Shown: one piece after another, positions 49,811 to 62,999 of the stretch
How the letters are laid out: each line of letters begins with the position of its first letter
Position numbering within the stretch: the stretch's first letter is position 1
Assembly: GCA_013265495.1 (NCBI GenBank)
Contig: MU057724.1
Location: forward strand, 1,379,102-1,443,101
Reading direction: 5' to 3'
Length of the DNA: 64,000 bases
DNA from: Vicugna vicugna
Lineage: Eukaryota
Made by a program: the position numbers and the translations under genes
The notes under the pieces: model-generated
Database searches by the model: none
What the model was told of the DNA's origin: nothing
Seen by the model: only the letters and a program-made list of their open reading frames with translations

Positions 49811-51129
49811 ATTTGTCCACATCAGTCCCCTGGTGAAACCTCAGAGAGGTGGCCCACTGTCCCCAGACACGCAGGCGGGCGATGCCACCGCAGCAGGCCC
49901 TGAGTCTCGGCCCTGATGCCCCACCGGGCCCTCGCTGCCCCTCCCTCCCAGACGGCCTGGGGTTCTGGTTCTGGCTTCTGCTCATGCAGCTGCATCCACT
50001 CTGGCCTCTTCTCCGTTGGCTGTTCCCACTCGCTGACTGAGGCACAAGGTAGCACCGACCGCAGAGGACGCTGATGCCCCCCGCCCGCCCCGCCCAGGCC
50101 ACCCCACCTGTGCTCGTTGCTCACCCACAGCATCCTCTGTACAAGCTACGCCACGCCTGGGGGTAAAATGGCCTGCTTCTGTCTCTCGCTGTCACTCTGC
50201 AAGTACGCAAACGTCATAAAGGTATTCCTGTCCCTGGTAATAGGTACCAACGCTTCAAGCATAAAATGCACATTTACTGAAACGAACAGTGTGTGACTGG
50301 GTCTTTATTTCACGATTTATGACACCAAGTGACCTGAGGATTTCTGGGGATTAGTATTTTGATAGATGTCACCCAGTAACCTGTGAAAATGAGTTTCTTG
50401 GTCAAATACATTCGGGAAATCTGAGGGAATGTTACATATATACATTAAATAGAGGGTTTCAACTCAGTTGAAATAGAACGCACACGTTATGGGCCCATTT
50501 TAATAAGAGGCACAGAAGCACTAACGAAAGTTAAGTGTGTATATTATTTTCATAATCACAGAAAAGAATAGGAAAACGCATGCCCAGAATGTGTGCAGAG
50601 CTAGACCAGGAGCGGAAAGAGGCGGCTACGTTTCCAACACCACTTGGTGCCAATGGGCCCAGTGACTTCTTTTAGCTGACAAACAGATGAAATCTTAAAA
50701 TGGAGTGAGTGAATCAAGGAGAAATAACTAATTAGAAAATAAAATACAACATTATGATATTAATAATAGTAACACACTGAACTGTAAGTAATTTAAGATT
50801 AAACCTTTAAAAAGGTGGGACAGAATTATGTGGGTAGAGAAAGAATCAAAATGAAACCACATATTTTTGAAAATCATAGAAGATATTTTTCTCCCATGTT
50901 TATTGGTATAAAGAGTTAATAACTTAAAGATGTGATGAACCTAACATTAATTCACAAGTTAAATGCAAAACAAAAAAAAAAGAAGAAAAAGAAAGAAAAG
51001 ATGGAGGAAAACATTAACAGACTTTTCAAAACAAAAAGCACACTGATTCTTAATATGTAAGAATTTATGTTTCAGGGGAGCCAACTAAAAAAATTTTCAG
51101 AAATTTAAAGATTAATAATTAGAAAAAAA

Positions 51130-51560
51130 TTTAAAAGGACAATTTCCTTTGTATCAAGAATTTAAGATCATTATAAAGACATAATTAAACACTGTGGAAT
51201 TTTTACATAGATAGGAAAAACAGGCTAACAGAAGCAAAGATTTAATCCAGAAAGAGACTCAATATTTACATATTAAATACATAGGTGTTTACAAATATAT
51301 GGATATTTAATAAAAAGTTACCTCGGTTAGGTCTGGTGTCTTGGGACAATCAATACATTAGGAAGAGACTGCTGCTCTCAAAGGTAAAACTGCATTTCTA
51401 AAATCAACTTAGAGGAATAAACAACACAAGCTAGATGGAAAATCCCTGAAGGGAAGTTCGTGGGCGTGGAGTCCAGCAGTCGGTCAGCACGAGAAACGCT
51501 TTCCAACGACACTCCTGGTGGGATGTGCAAAGTAGCTGCCACACGCCTCTGCGTCGCAGG
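51130..51560 (+). mobile_element. Ancient L1ME ORF2 fragments
   Basis: aagaatttaagatcattataaagacataattaaacactgtgg...aatccagaaagagactc; acactcctggtggga. Confidence 0.5.
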
Positions 51561-52794
51561 TAATCACATAGCTGTTACGAAGCTACTTACACCAGTGGGA
51601 GAAGATAAACAGTGCACCACACGTCCTCAGAATACAAACTATTGGGCAAAATTCTATATTCCATCTCTGTTAGAACAAATAAAGTTCAGAATATCAATTG
51701 GATAGAATGATGTGCGACAGTTCACAGAAGGCACCAAATACTGACGTAAGAACGATACACTTTAGAAACAGACTCTTCAGTGTGTACTCACGAAGCGTAC
51801 GGCACTACTTAATCATGTCATAAAAGACGCCAGAAATAGTAAAAGAGCAAGGAACCCTCCTCTTTCTGCTCTTTCCTTTTTCTGAGAGGCGATCACTAAC
51901 ATAAATTTAGTGTGGACCTAGGCAGCGTTTTTAGTAAATGTGTTGCATGTGTGTTGCGTAAACTCACCCTGCCGTTTGGATCCCACAACACTTTCCACGG
52001 GAAATTTCTCGTTCAGCTTAAACCAGTTCTTCAGAACAATTATCCCTTCCTTTCCATCTGCATCTTTGTCTTCATTTCTCTTTCAGATTATGTTCAAACC
52101 CAAGGAACGCATCAGTAAACACGCACAGCCTCAGGTGGAAACTGGCAATGGGTGAACCGCGTGTGGTCAAGTCCACTGAGTCAAGATTGAAAGGAGACAA
52201 ATTTAGGTCTTGACAAAATGTAGGCTGGCAGAATCTGCTCATGGAGAATTAGGTTCAGAAGACAGAAAGGCCACAGCAGGACGTTAACACTGGCTGAAGC
52301 CACGCACGCTTCTTGTTTTCACATGGAAAATAAAACCTGAGCTTGTGAAAGCATTTGTTTAAAAGACTCAGTATTAAAAGATGGATCAGGATAAAACTAA
52401 TTTTTAGTACAATAAAAACCCAAATGCTTTTAGGAAATGGATCCAGTAATTAAAGGTAGCTTAATAAAGTTGACATGGGAAAACAAGGTAATACTGTATG
52501 AATATAGATAGAATTCTAATTAACTATTTTATGTACAATATCCTTAGACTGTCAGGAGATCCTAACTTTCTGTTCTGAACAGGTCTAATTTAATCTCCAC
52601 AAAGCCAGATTTTCACACGTTTCCTTTCCACATCAGCCCTGGAGCCATGCTTTGAAACTATTAAGGACAGTACCAGTGTAGGTGCCCCGCACCGTCCACT
52701 CTCTTCATCCAGGGCCACGCTGGATGGACTGCAGGCGCGCACTCAGCGTTTCCTTCTCTCTAACCCACAGGCGGAGCTAGTGGCCCTGTGATTA

Positions 52795-53215
52795 GGGTCT
52801 TGCAATGATACTGTGCTGACACGGCCCTCATTAAAGCCCATGCTTCGTTCAGATCACCATAGTTTTTACCTAATGTCCTTTTCTGGCTCCCGTGTTCCAC
52901 CCAGGAAGCCACATCACACTCGCAGTCACTCTCCACGGGCCCCGTCTGGCTGTGACAGTTTCTCAAACTTCCCTTGAATTTATTACCTTGATGGTTATGA
53001 GAAGTGCCAGCCAGTGTTTACAGAATGTCCCCCCACTGTCATCTGTCTGTTTCTGGCAATGAGACAGGGCTTGGGGCTGAAGGAGGAAAACCAGAGGTAA
53101 AGGCCCTTTCTGTCACGTGCCAGCGGTCAACACGATCGGCACGGTTGTAAGTGTTGGCACTGGCCCCGACCACCCAGCACGCGCAGAATTTGTCAGGGTT
53201 CTCCACTTTGAGATG
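52795..53215 (-). mobile_element. L1MC3/4-like 3'UTR fragment
   Basis: ttcagatcaccatagtttttacctaatgtccttttctg...ggctgtgacagtttctcaaacttccct...tgtcagggttctccact. Confidence 0.8.
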
Positions 53216-53219
53216 TGGA

Positions 53220-53510
53220 GAAGAACTGAGGCCCCCAGCACTTTCCCGCTTTCAGACTAGTCCACACCCGGCCTCCATCAGTCAGTCACAACCGCCCACT
53301 CCGTGTTCCTGCTCCCCTGTGGCTACAGCAGCTTCTGCTCCAGGTCAGCACATCTCGGCTGTGACTCTGGATTTCCCATCGCCCCCAATTTGGGGGTAGC
53401 TTTTTACCTGGCAACTCAGTTCCTGGATGGGTCCAAAAAATGATTAATTTACCTTTTGCATAACTTTTTCTGTGGTATGGACAGGAGTGAGGACTTCTAA
53501 GCTCACTGCG
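53220..53510 (-). mobile_element. Ancient L1 (L1MC/MD-type) 5' terminus
   Basis: gcagcttctgctccaggtcagcacatctcggctgtgactctggatt...ctcagttcctggatgggtccaa...ggacaggagtgaggacttctaagctc. Confidence 0.6.
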
Positions 53511-54829
53511 TTCTTTCTTAAAACCACCTCTCTTATGATTCTAAAAATGAAGTGATAGTTGTGAACCATCAATCGATACCCTTGCAGTATTTATAAATTC
53601 ATGCAGCTGCTCACAGACTCTCAGACCTCAAATGTCTCCTGGTGACTGTCCCTTCCGTCTGAAGGCACCTGCAGATCATGCAACCAGGGATAAAAGAGCT
53701 CCCAGCTTTGGTTCTAACCTTCCCTCCCCAACTGTGTCTTTTCCTGTTTGAGGCTCACAGAACCCAATCGTCAACACACTTCTCACTGGACTCTTTAAAT
53801 GTGCAAAGAGCACATTCATTACTTCCCTTATGTACCTTTCAAGCGTTCATTAACCATGAAAGGCTTGGCTGAAATATTGTTCTCAATAAAAGTCTTCCTC
53901 CAGCTCCTTAAAGCAAATCAATTCCTCCCTCCTGTCTATTTTCTTAACACTATTTCTCTCGTACGGCATGATCCGCATTGGTTCAGTGCATAAGTACTAA
54001 ATTACCCAATATTTGACATAAGAATGACTGTAATTTTAGTTTATTTACATATTTTCTTCTGAAACAGAAAGCTTTGGGGTCGGAGGATGGGATATCTGTA
54101 TCTGCAGTGATTGTACAGTATAGTGGACGCTGTACAGTAAGTCAGCGCTTGTTAACGTAACTGGAAACGCTGAATATTAAATCCCACACAGACCGTATTA
54201 TCAAAACTGGCTACCATCCGCAGCATGAATGTACTTTGTATAGTCACAGCACGTAGCCCAGTCACGGAGGACTGTAATCGCTTTGCCCTGTTTCATTTCT
54301 TGGACCAGTTTGCAACCTTTGTATTTGTCTTCGCAGACATCATATAAAAGATTCAAGTACTTGAATTTAAGGACTAACACGCTGAATAAAACACGGTGAT
54401 CCTATTCAAAGCAGAAAATACTGTTTCGTTTCATGATTAAAAAGAAAAATGTCTGATTCTTTTTAATATATAAAAAGTGAAAATTTTTCTTATTAAAGGA
54501 TCATGTTTCATGAGAAGATGTGTGTTTTTTCAGTCGAGCACCTCATGAGGCTTTCTCAGTGCGTTTGTCAAATGGTGTCAGCACGAAATATTCCTGCATT
54601 TGGAAACTCCTTAATCACAGGACACTTCCACCCAGAGTCTGCAGTGGCCTCAGCACGGGATGACAGGGGACACTTGCAGATCTGTGACAGGAAGGGCTGC
54701 CTGTGTGTGTGTGTGTCTCGCGCGTGTGTGGGAGGGGCGACAATGATGTTGTGTTCGAATCAGCTGTTCTCTTGTTATTCATTTTGATATCAATGTATTT
54801 TCTTATTTTCTGCCTCAATTTTCTCTCAG

Positions 54830-55520
54830 ATTTTCATTGCAAAGTACCAGAAATAAAGCCATTGAGTGCCGAGTCCACAGTTAGTCACTGGGACGTTCAA
54901 AAACACGGGCAATGAAATCAATTGCAATGATTGATAATTACATTGCAATAGTTTCAATTCAGAGTTTTCGCTGACTCGCCCCTTACGGAGGCAGTTACAT
55001 AATGCACTGCAAGAACAAGGCAGTGTCTGAGATGACGAGATTCACTGAGCATTTAATCCCTGTTAAACAGGTGACAGGTCACGGTCATTGTAATAATCTT
55101 TAGTGCCTGATAAAACTGTTTATCCACTTCTTTGGCTTATTAGCCAAGTCTTAGGGTCCACGCATTATAGTCAAATAAAGGTTGCACCTCTTGCGAACAA
55201 AGGCACCCTGTCGGCATCTCTGGCCGGAGCCTAACAGAGCTGCCCGGCACGTAGCCGACTGGAGCAGCATCTCACCTCGTGCAGAGCCCGTGATCGGTGG
55301 GGGGAGGAAAGCACTGAGGCGCCAGACGAGAAGCCAGCAGCACCGTGAGCAGTTTCATCGCATTAATTCAACAATTAGCGTGGGGAAAAACCAGTGTAAC
55401 ACCTCACATGTGTCTTTCAGGGCTCGCATTAGAAATAATTTCCGTTGCCCCATAAATTTAAACATTAGCTCTGAGTACATTCAACCAGCTTTAAAGCTGT
55501 GCTACGTGCTTTTCATTTTT
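54830..55520. promoter_or_regulatory. Candidate developmental enhancer / conserved non-coding element
   Basis: No repeat recognised here; contains TGATTGAT, TAATTA, AAATCAAT, TAATCC, TGACAG, CATTGT and TGATAA motifs. Confidence 0.3.
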
Positions 55521-56448
55521 ACCCTCACAGGCCGCCTGGGCTCTGGCGCCCCGACAGCGCCCAGCCGCGCTGCCTCGGACACGGCCCTTCCTTCCTCGCG
55601 GCCGGCAGCGCTAGCGGGACTGCGGCCTTCCAGGGGACTCTCACCGAGACGCTTTCTCAGAATTCTCATGACACGTTTTTTCCTACACTTGACAGGAAAA
55701 GAATACAAACCTCTGACTCCCAGCCATCCTGAAGTCTGACACACAAACCAAGCCCTCTTAACGCAGAGCTCGCTGTCCGTGGCCAGACCGCGGCGGGCGG
55801 CCAGGGGGCAGCTGAGCAGGGCGGGGGCTGGGACGTGCGCCACGGAAACCGTGCCGGCCGGAGCCCTGTTCCTCCACGACGAGCGGGCTCGGGAGACAGT
55901 GCTCGGCCTCGGCCTCCGCAGAGTCGGGCCGGCTCCCCGACAAGAAGTCAACAGGTGTCAGAAGTCTGTGGACTCTTTCCGGCTTCTTGGGAGCTACTTA
56001 CTATTGAGTCATGTTCTCAGCTGCATCTCAGTAGCGTCCTGTGATGCCACGGGGCGCTACGCAGTGAGGGTGCGTCCTTTAAAGCCGGCAGACCAGCCCA
56101 GGGTGGAACCAACTACATTTGTGAGATCTCTGGGGACAAAATTCACAGCCCAGTAACCTCTCCTGGTTTGCTAAGAAATCTGCCTTGGCGTTTCAAAAGT
56201 CTGTAAACCCTTTTTCATCTCAGGGATGCCAGCAACTTGACAAGAATAATGACTTGAATATAAACATAGAAAACTTGCAAAGCTGTAAGTTTAGGCATTT
56301 ACCTTGCACACTGACCATAAATATCTATATTAAAGATGCCCACACATATGCAAGCCTTATGTTACAGTTAAAAATTAGAAATAGGTTTTGCAAACTGCAA
56401 CCTGCTAGAGGCTATCAGGTCATCCACAGTCACTCTTACCAAAAAAAA

Positions 56449-56458
56449 NNNNNNNNNN
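56449..56458. other. Assembly gap (10 N) between an A-run and a (TA)n microsatellite
   Basis: aaaaaaaa nnnnnnnnnn tatatatatatatatatatata. Confidence 0.99.
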
Positions 56459-57364
56459 TATATATATATATATATATATACATATTTCAGTCAAAAAACA
56501 GTACAATGAATAGAAAACCAGCAGTCTGAGTTCCCGTTACAAGTACAGCTATTTGAAAAAAAAAATAATGCTTTAAAAAAATAAACAGGATCAGAGCCAC
56601 CTAATTTTCACCCAAAGACAGCAGGCCAGTTCTGGGCTTTGCCCAAATTTGTTAACCTCTCTGAGCCACTGATCTCCACATAAAAACAAAAGAAACTCAT
56701 CAGTCTCACAGCTGTCCCTGCGCAGCTGCCGGAGGCTCCCCAACCCCTGCTGACCTCTGTGGCGGCCCCTCCCCCTTCCTTCCCAAGTTCATGTACCCCG
56801 TCAGGGGGGAGCCGCCTGCTGCCCCGGGTTGACTTCTGCCCCTTTCCCGTGACCAGACTCAGTCTGGACTCGGACCGTCGTCACCCTGCTGCATCCACTT
56901 TCAGGAGGCGGGACACTCTGGGGCCTCTGCTCAGAGTCCTCGCAAGTGGACACCCCAGTCATACTCCTAAATTCTAGATTCTCGGGGCATGTGCACTGCG
57001 TGCCGCAGAACCTGTTATTCATCCTCCTGTCTTTGGAGAACAGATGTCGCTGACCAGTTTTCCTGCTCAGGAATCTGGCAGTGAAGCTGAGACGCGGGAG
57101 ACCTGGCGGTCTGTGCCGGTGGCTGCCGACCTCCCAGTGCAGCAGGAAGCCCGGCGTGAGCTTCCCCACCGCCGCCGGCTCCCGCCCCTGGGCTGGCTGC
57201 GGTGGAGCAGCGCCCCGCGTTAGAGGCACGGGTGGGCTGTGTTCCTTACGATGCCTATTTCTCAGTAACTGCAGATTCACGTGTGGTCATAAGAAATGAT
57301 GTGGAGAAACAGTCTATCCTTGGCTCACTTTGCCCCAGAGGTAATACCTTGCAGAGAAAAGCAG

Positions 57365-58060
57365 AGCACACTATAAAAACCAGGGTGTTTGTGCTGGTAA
57401 AATCCACTCACTCGGGCTTCCCCAGTTTCAGTGTGTTCATCCGTGGGCGTGTGATCAGCTCTGTGCAACTTTATCCCAGGTGTCACTTTGTCCACCCACC
57501 AAAACGACAGGGAGAGCGACTCCGCCACCAGCCCCTCTGTGCGCCTGGGCGTCTTCACCACGCAGGCCTGCTCAGCTGCCGACTCCTGGCAAACACGCAT
57601 CTGTCCTTTATTTCTAAAATACTGCCTTTTCAAAACTGCTGTAAAATAAATTGCAAAGCACATCACCTTTTCAGACTGGCCGCTTACATCCGGCTTATGT
57701 TCTGCGCTCCTTTGCACAGCTGAGGGGCCACCCCTGGCACGGACGCACCACAGCTTAGCTGCTGGGAGCATCGAGGTCGTTTCCACTTTCTGTTTGTGGT
57801 GAACAAACATCTACCATGAACATTCACGTGTAGGACTGTAGTGAGGATGACTTTTTATTGCTCTGGGATATGTGGTCCAAGAGTGGAGCTGCTGTGCTGC
57901 ACGGCAATTGTACACGAAGATTTTTAATGAAAGCGCCAAAGGGTGAGGAATCCAGTTTCTCCACAATCTTGCCAACATTTGATGTTGCACTATTTTTTAA
58001 AATTTTATTTAGCCATCTGACGGTGCATAATGATTTCTTCTGCATTAAGTGAAAAATCAA
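57365..58060 (-). mobile_element. L1MD-like 3' region
   Basis: aaccagggtgtttgtgctggtaaaatccac...ttccccagtttc...cctggcaaacacgcatctgtcc...catgaacattcacgtgtagg...acaatcttgccaacatttgatgttg. Confidence 0.75.
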
Positions 58061-58824
58061 TGTAACATTTTTCATTCCTTTAATTTTTTTTGCTACATTG
58101 TGCTCTTTTTCTTGAGGAGTTGCTCCAGGATTTGCCGTCTACAGTTTAACGTAGCAAAATCGATTTCATATTTATACTATGTATTAATTCCAATGAGATA
58201 CAAAAATGTTATTTCAACATATCTCAATTTCCCTTCCCTTATTTTTCATTTTATAGATCATGTTTGTTGGTGCTAAATCTAAAAGAAAATTTGCCTAAAT
58301 CTAGATTCCAGTAAAAGAGGAAGAGAGAGCAAATAAGATATGGCACTTACAGAGAACAAAGGCCATTTAGCTAGTGAAAATTATAAACCTAACCAGAGTT
58401 TCCAGAAATTATCCTAAGTGCATAGTGCAAGTGGATGCATAATCGTCCAGTTAAAACTACTAAATATTTATAAGAACTGAGACGATCTCTGGCATGGGAG
58501 CCATCCCCGCCCCCTGAACCCCACCCAAGCTCTGTTCCAGAAACTGCTCCGGAACGAGCGGCCGCAGGAGGGGACCCAGCGTTTCTCCCTCCTCTCCGCC
58601 CTGGGCTGCAGAAGCTCCCTCTGGCTGGGGGCAGCCGACAGGACCGAGGTCCCACCTGTAGGATGGATGCCGGTCCCCAGGTGTTGCCTGCCCGCCGTCA
58701 GCCCCAGCCCGGGGCCACCCCCTCCCGCCCCCCAGCCCACCTGGGGCCTGGCCCGCTCCCCGGCTCCCCCACCACCTCTGATGACACCAGCCCCGCAGGC
58801 AGCCACTCAGGCTCAGCAGCTCGT

Positions 58825-59145
58825 TCGTACCAAACGGACGTGAAAACCCAAGTCCTTGCGAAGACGTGTGGAAGATGTTGGTAGCAGCTTTATTCCTAAC
58901 GGCCAGAAAGTGGACACAACCCAGCGTCTACCAACGGATGAGAGCATAAAGAAACACACGGCCCAGCCGCACAGCGGCGGGCTCCTTGGCGTGAAAGTGA
59001 GCGACGGCGGCGCCTGCTGCAGGGAGGAGCTCTCCGGCGCTCGGGAGGGAGCACCCCCACCTGACTGCACTTGTTTGCAGCGTCCAGAGCGAGCACATCT
59101 CAGAGGCACAAGGCAGACTACTGGTGGCCCAGGCCTGAGACCTGG
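58825..59145 (+). mobile_element. L1MB/ME-like 3' fragment, GC-shifted
   Basis: gatgttggtagcagctttattcctaacggccagaaagtggacacaacccagcgtctaccaacggatgagagcataaag...ggcagactactggtggcccaggcctg. Confidence 0.75.
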
Positions 59146-59822
59146 GGGTTAATCTGTCAATTAAGTGAAATGTGTCAAATTTTCTAATTTACAAACATGC
59201 CTGTGCAAAAGGGGGAGGCTCTCCCCACGTTCCCGTCTTCCCCTCCTCTGTATTTTGTTCTGCAATAATAGAAGTTCAGGCCGGGTTTTGTGGTTTATCT
59301 TTATAATCCCTGCATCCCTTTGCAATAACATGCTTCATCCAGTGTAGTAAAGACGCTTCCGTAAGCTCTTCTTTCCAGATGTGTACTTAAATCTGGTTAT
59401 AGTAAACTTTAAGAGACGCTCAATTTTTTTTTCATTCAATTAAAATGATGTATTGAATGCAACTAAGCGGCCTAAATAAATGTCAGGGCCCAGAAATCTT
59501 ATTAAGTAGAGATTTTCATTCTAATCCTTAGGAAAAATAATATCTACTAATTCCGTAAGATTTTTCTTCCCCTTTTAAATCCTTGCTCACTTCTGATCAA
59601 TCGAGACTTCAGAGCCCTCTGGACATGCTAATGGTCTCCGTTGCACGTAGAACTGCTTTCTTCCTGCTAATCCACTCAAAAATGCCTACGGTGAGCACCC
59701 GCAACCCAGGAAGACTTTGCCAAACTTATTTTCATTGCTTCACATTATAAAGGTAATAGTTTGTGTTTGTTCTTCAAAAGTAAAATTTCATAACGTTATA
59801 TGCACTTCCCCCCAAAACAATG

Positions 59823-60269
59823 CGTCGACTGAAATAAACGTACAACCCAGAAGTTGAGAGCTACGTTTTATTCGGTGAACAATTCTGAGGACTCACGCCA
59901 TGATGACAGCCTCTCAGGTCGCTCTGAGGGACTGCTCCGAAGAGGCAGGGAGCAGCTAGGATGTATGGGAGCTTTACAACAAAGACCAGGGAGTTGGAAC
60001 AATAAAAGATTACTTGTTACCTAAAGAAAACCAGGCATCTCAAGTTAAAGAATTCAGTGCTTTTCCATGTATGGGAGGAAGCAAGCATTTGGGCTCATTG
60101 AACTCATTCCTTTGACAAGCACCTGGCTATCCAGGGCCAGTCCTGTCCTTTCTTGTTCTGATCCCCTCAGGGTGCACCACTGTGAGTGGCTGCAGAGGCC
60201 GGCTGCAGGCTGGTCCTCACTGGGCGGTGGGGGGTGGGGCGGCACCGCTTATGACTTGATGGCTTGACA
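59823..60269 (-). mobile_element. Solo ERV1 LTR (cetartiodactyl MER41-like)
   Basis: gacagcctctcaggtcgctctgagggactgctccgaagagg...caacaaagaccagggagttggaacaataaaagattac...aagaaaaccaggcatctcaagttaaagaattcagtgc; minus-strand AATAAA at 59867-59872. Confidence 0.75.
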
Positions 60270-62999
60270 CGCAGTTTCTCCAATCGGGGGGAGAGAGGTG
60301 CGCACATGGCAGTGGAGGCCCCTGAAAGCGCAGGTATAAAACAAGACGCAGCTAACACATTACCAAGTGTACATTAAATGTCACTCAGCTTCCAGCCGTG
60401 CGAGGACAGGCCGTCACTTCAGCACAGCCTGGGACGCAGGGTTCTACAGGCCGGACCCCAGGCGGGGACGGCGGTGAGGGCTCAGAAATGCCTCTCACAG
60501 CTCGTGCCCTGCAGTCACTAGATCCTCCCACGAAGACACTCACACACATGCAAACCCCTGAAGGGCGTTAGAAAACTTGCATTGATAAAAAGCTGCAGAG
60601 GTGCGTTCTCTAGATAACTGAAGCAGCCCTCACGACAGAGGTGACAGTGAGAAGGAAACGCTTGGGCTGGGCCAAGCTGGGCTGGGCTAACGCACGGAGT
60701 TTAAGTCTCACCCTGCAGACCGGTTTCGGGTGACTGCAAGCAACCCTTTGCTTCCGCTGCTGTGACACCGCCTCGCTGCACTCACCCTATTGGTTGATGG
60801 ACCCCGAGCTTGGAAGTGACCCTGCAAAACCCTCACTCACACTTCCTGGAGGCGCTCAGAGCTCAGGAGCCGTAGCCCCTCCGAGCCGCCAGCGTAACAA
60901 ACCTGAGTGCTCCAGCCCTCCGAGCGGTGCTGTCTCCTGGCTGGCCTGCCATTTCCCTAACAACAGGCAGGACCCCGTGCGCTCACTCGGCTGATCATGC
61001 CCCTCAGGCTCTCGTCTTCAGGATTCTGACAGGATGCTTCCTGAGGGTCCGTGGGCCCAAGGCCCGCACCCGTGTGCAGGTCGCCCTGATCCTAAGCGCA
61101 GCCTCCGCTCTACAGCACAAGAGGAGTTTCAATCGATTTTCTCCACTTTCTGGGGGATAAAAAAACGAAGGAAAAACCTATATGGAGGATTGTTTTTCCT
61201 ACGGAAGGGACTTAGACTGGGCGATCTGCATCTATAAGGAAACAGTCAAAAAGCTGTTAGACATTTTGCCTCCACGCGTCATAAACAGAAAACGCCCAGC
61301 GTGTTCCCACATCCCCCACTTAAAACAAAGCAGCTGCTGTCCATCCAAGCTTGTTCTGAAAGAGATGTTAGTCCATTTTACATAACTTTCACAACTCCAC
61401 TCTTCCAAACAATTCAGTGTTGACTGAGGACAATGGTGGCGTGGTTAAACATAGACACTTGCATTGTTGTGAAAGCAGGGTACATCGACTTGGCAGCCTG
61501 GCATTTTCATCTGCAACTAGAGGCGACATCCTGACCTCTTCTTCCTCCAAGCACAGCTGGCACCAGCTGCGGAGTGGGGTGATGGCTGGGCATGCAGGAT
61601 GCGAGCAACAACACGTGGCTGGCTGTGGACTACATACTCATGTGGACCATGTGTGACATAAAATATTTAGAGGAAACACAAAGTACCCTTGCAAGAGCCT
61701 TTGAAAATCAGGACATAATCCTTGAAAATAATAGTCTGTAATTAAAATTAAATCAGAGTAATTTCATTACAACTCGAAGGGCAGAGCACCCCCAGGGAAA
61801 TGAAAAGTATTAACCCAGGACATTTAATGCGTTTTGTTTTGTTTTTCTTCTTTTCAAGGAGATGACAAAATTTGTACAAGGGTATTTTTTTGCCCTAACT
61901 GGGGTGTCCATACTATTGTTACGGTTGTTTATAATTCGGAAATTGGATTAATGCCAGGGGAATAAATGCTAACATCTACGTTATAGGAATTAATGGGAAA
62001 TGATGTGTTAATAATCAGAAAATCTGAATGATCCGAAAGATGAAATGTCTACAGAAAAGAGAAGGGTGTTATTTTTTGTTCAGAAAGTAATTCCCACGGT
62101 ACCATTGACCATGGCAGGAAACTGTGGCTATAATCCCCAGGTGACGCACATCACGCAGACCCTGACACGTCGCCACGGGATTGTCTCCCCAGCAGCCGCC
62201 AGCGGTGCTTGCAGGAGGCAGGCGTGCGTGTGGCCCTCACCGGTGCAGAAACAGAGCGCCAGCCTGAGTCGGGGGGAAGCCGCGGGTACCGCACTGCAAA
62301 TGCCTGTGTTTAACAGCTTGCGTATTTTTATAAAATGATGTAGACATTCTATAATTTATACATTCCAATTCTGAATTGTTGGGCAGCATGTCATTAAAAT
62401 TACCCAACTAGGCGGTGAGAGCCCACAAGAGGCAAGCACAGCATAACCTATTTGTTTAATTCACAGAAAAAAAGAAGAAGAATGTTCTGAGATTTCCTCG
62501 ACTCCCTCTCCCACGAGGGGAGTGAACAGAGCTGAAAATACATCTCCTCAGATCCCTGTGAAAGATGTGCAGCATTTACAGAAATTCAGCGGGGGACAGG
62601 ACTAACTGTGCTTCTGTCAGCAGGAGTGTTCCATATTTTGTGGTTTTCTCATATGCAAATATATTCTTCAGAAGACAGATTTTAAGTTGCACGAGCTGAA
62701 AAAAATCACAAGTGCACGTACACGTTAGAGGCAAACGCGGGGCTCCACCTGTGGGCTGTACGCTTTGATGCTTTGCACACTCTGTATCTTCTATGTTGAG
62801 AAATAGATTCCATCTCTGAAAATTAATCCCTTAACAAAGCCACTGAGCATTTTTTCCAAACAGTTAAGAATTTCACAATGGCTAGTTGCAATAAAATATT
62901 TAATATCTCAGGTGGAATGCCCTTGACTGTGAGGAAGAGAAACCCTCAGTTCATTTGGACTTAAAAAACGAGGACACTAAGTATCTCCCAGACAGGAGG

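Noticed and set aside
49855..49895. Minus-strand peptide GGIARLRVWG resembling the allantoicase motif (PD)GGIARLRV(F/Y)G
   Set aside because: Flanking residues do not match, there is no suitable splice acceptor directly upstream, and no other allantoicase-like segment was found; likely chance. A tblastn with ALLC would settle it.
60663..60690. GGGCT pentamers resembling immunoglobulin switch repeats
   Set aside because: Only a few units; real switch regions span kilobases, and no Ig exons are present.
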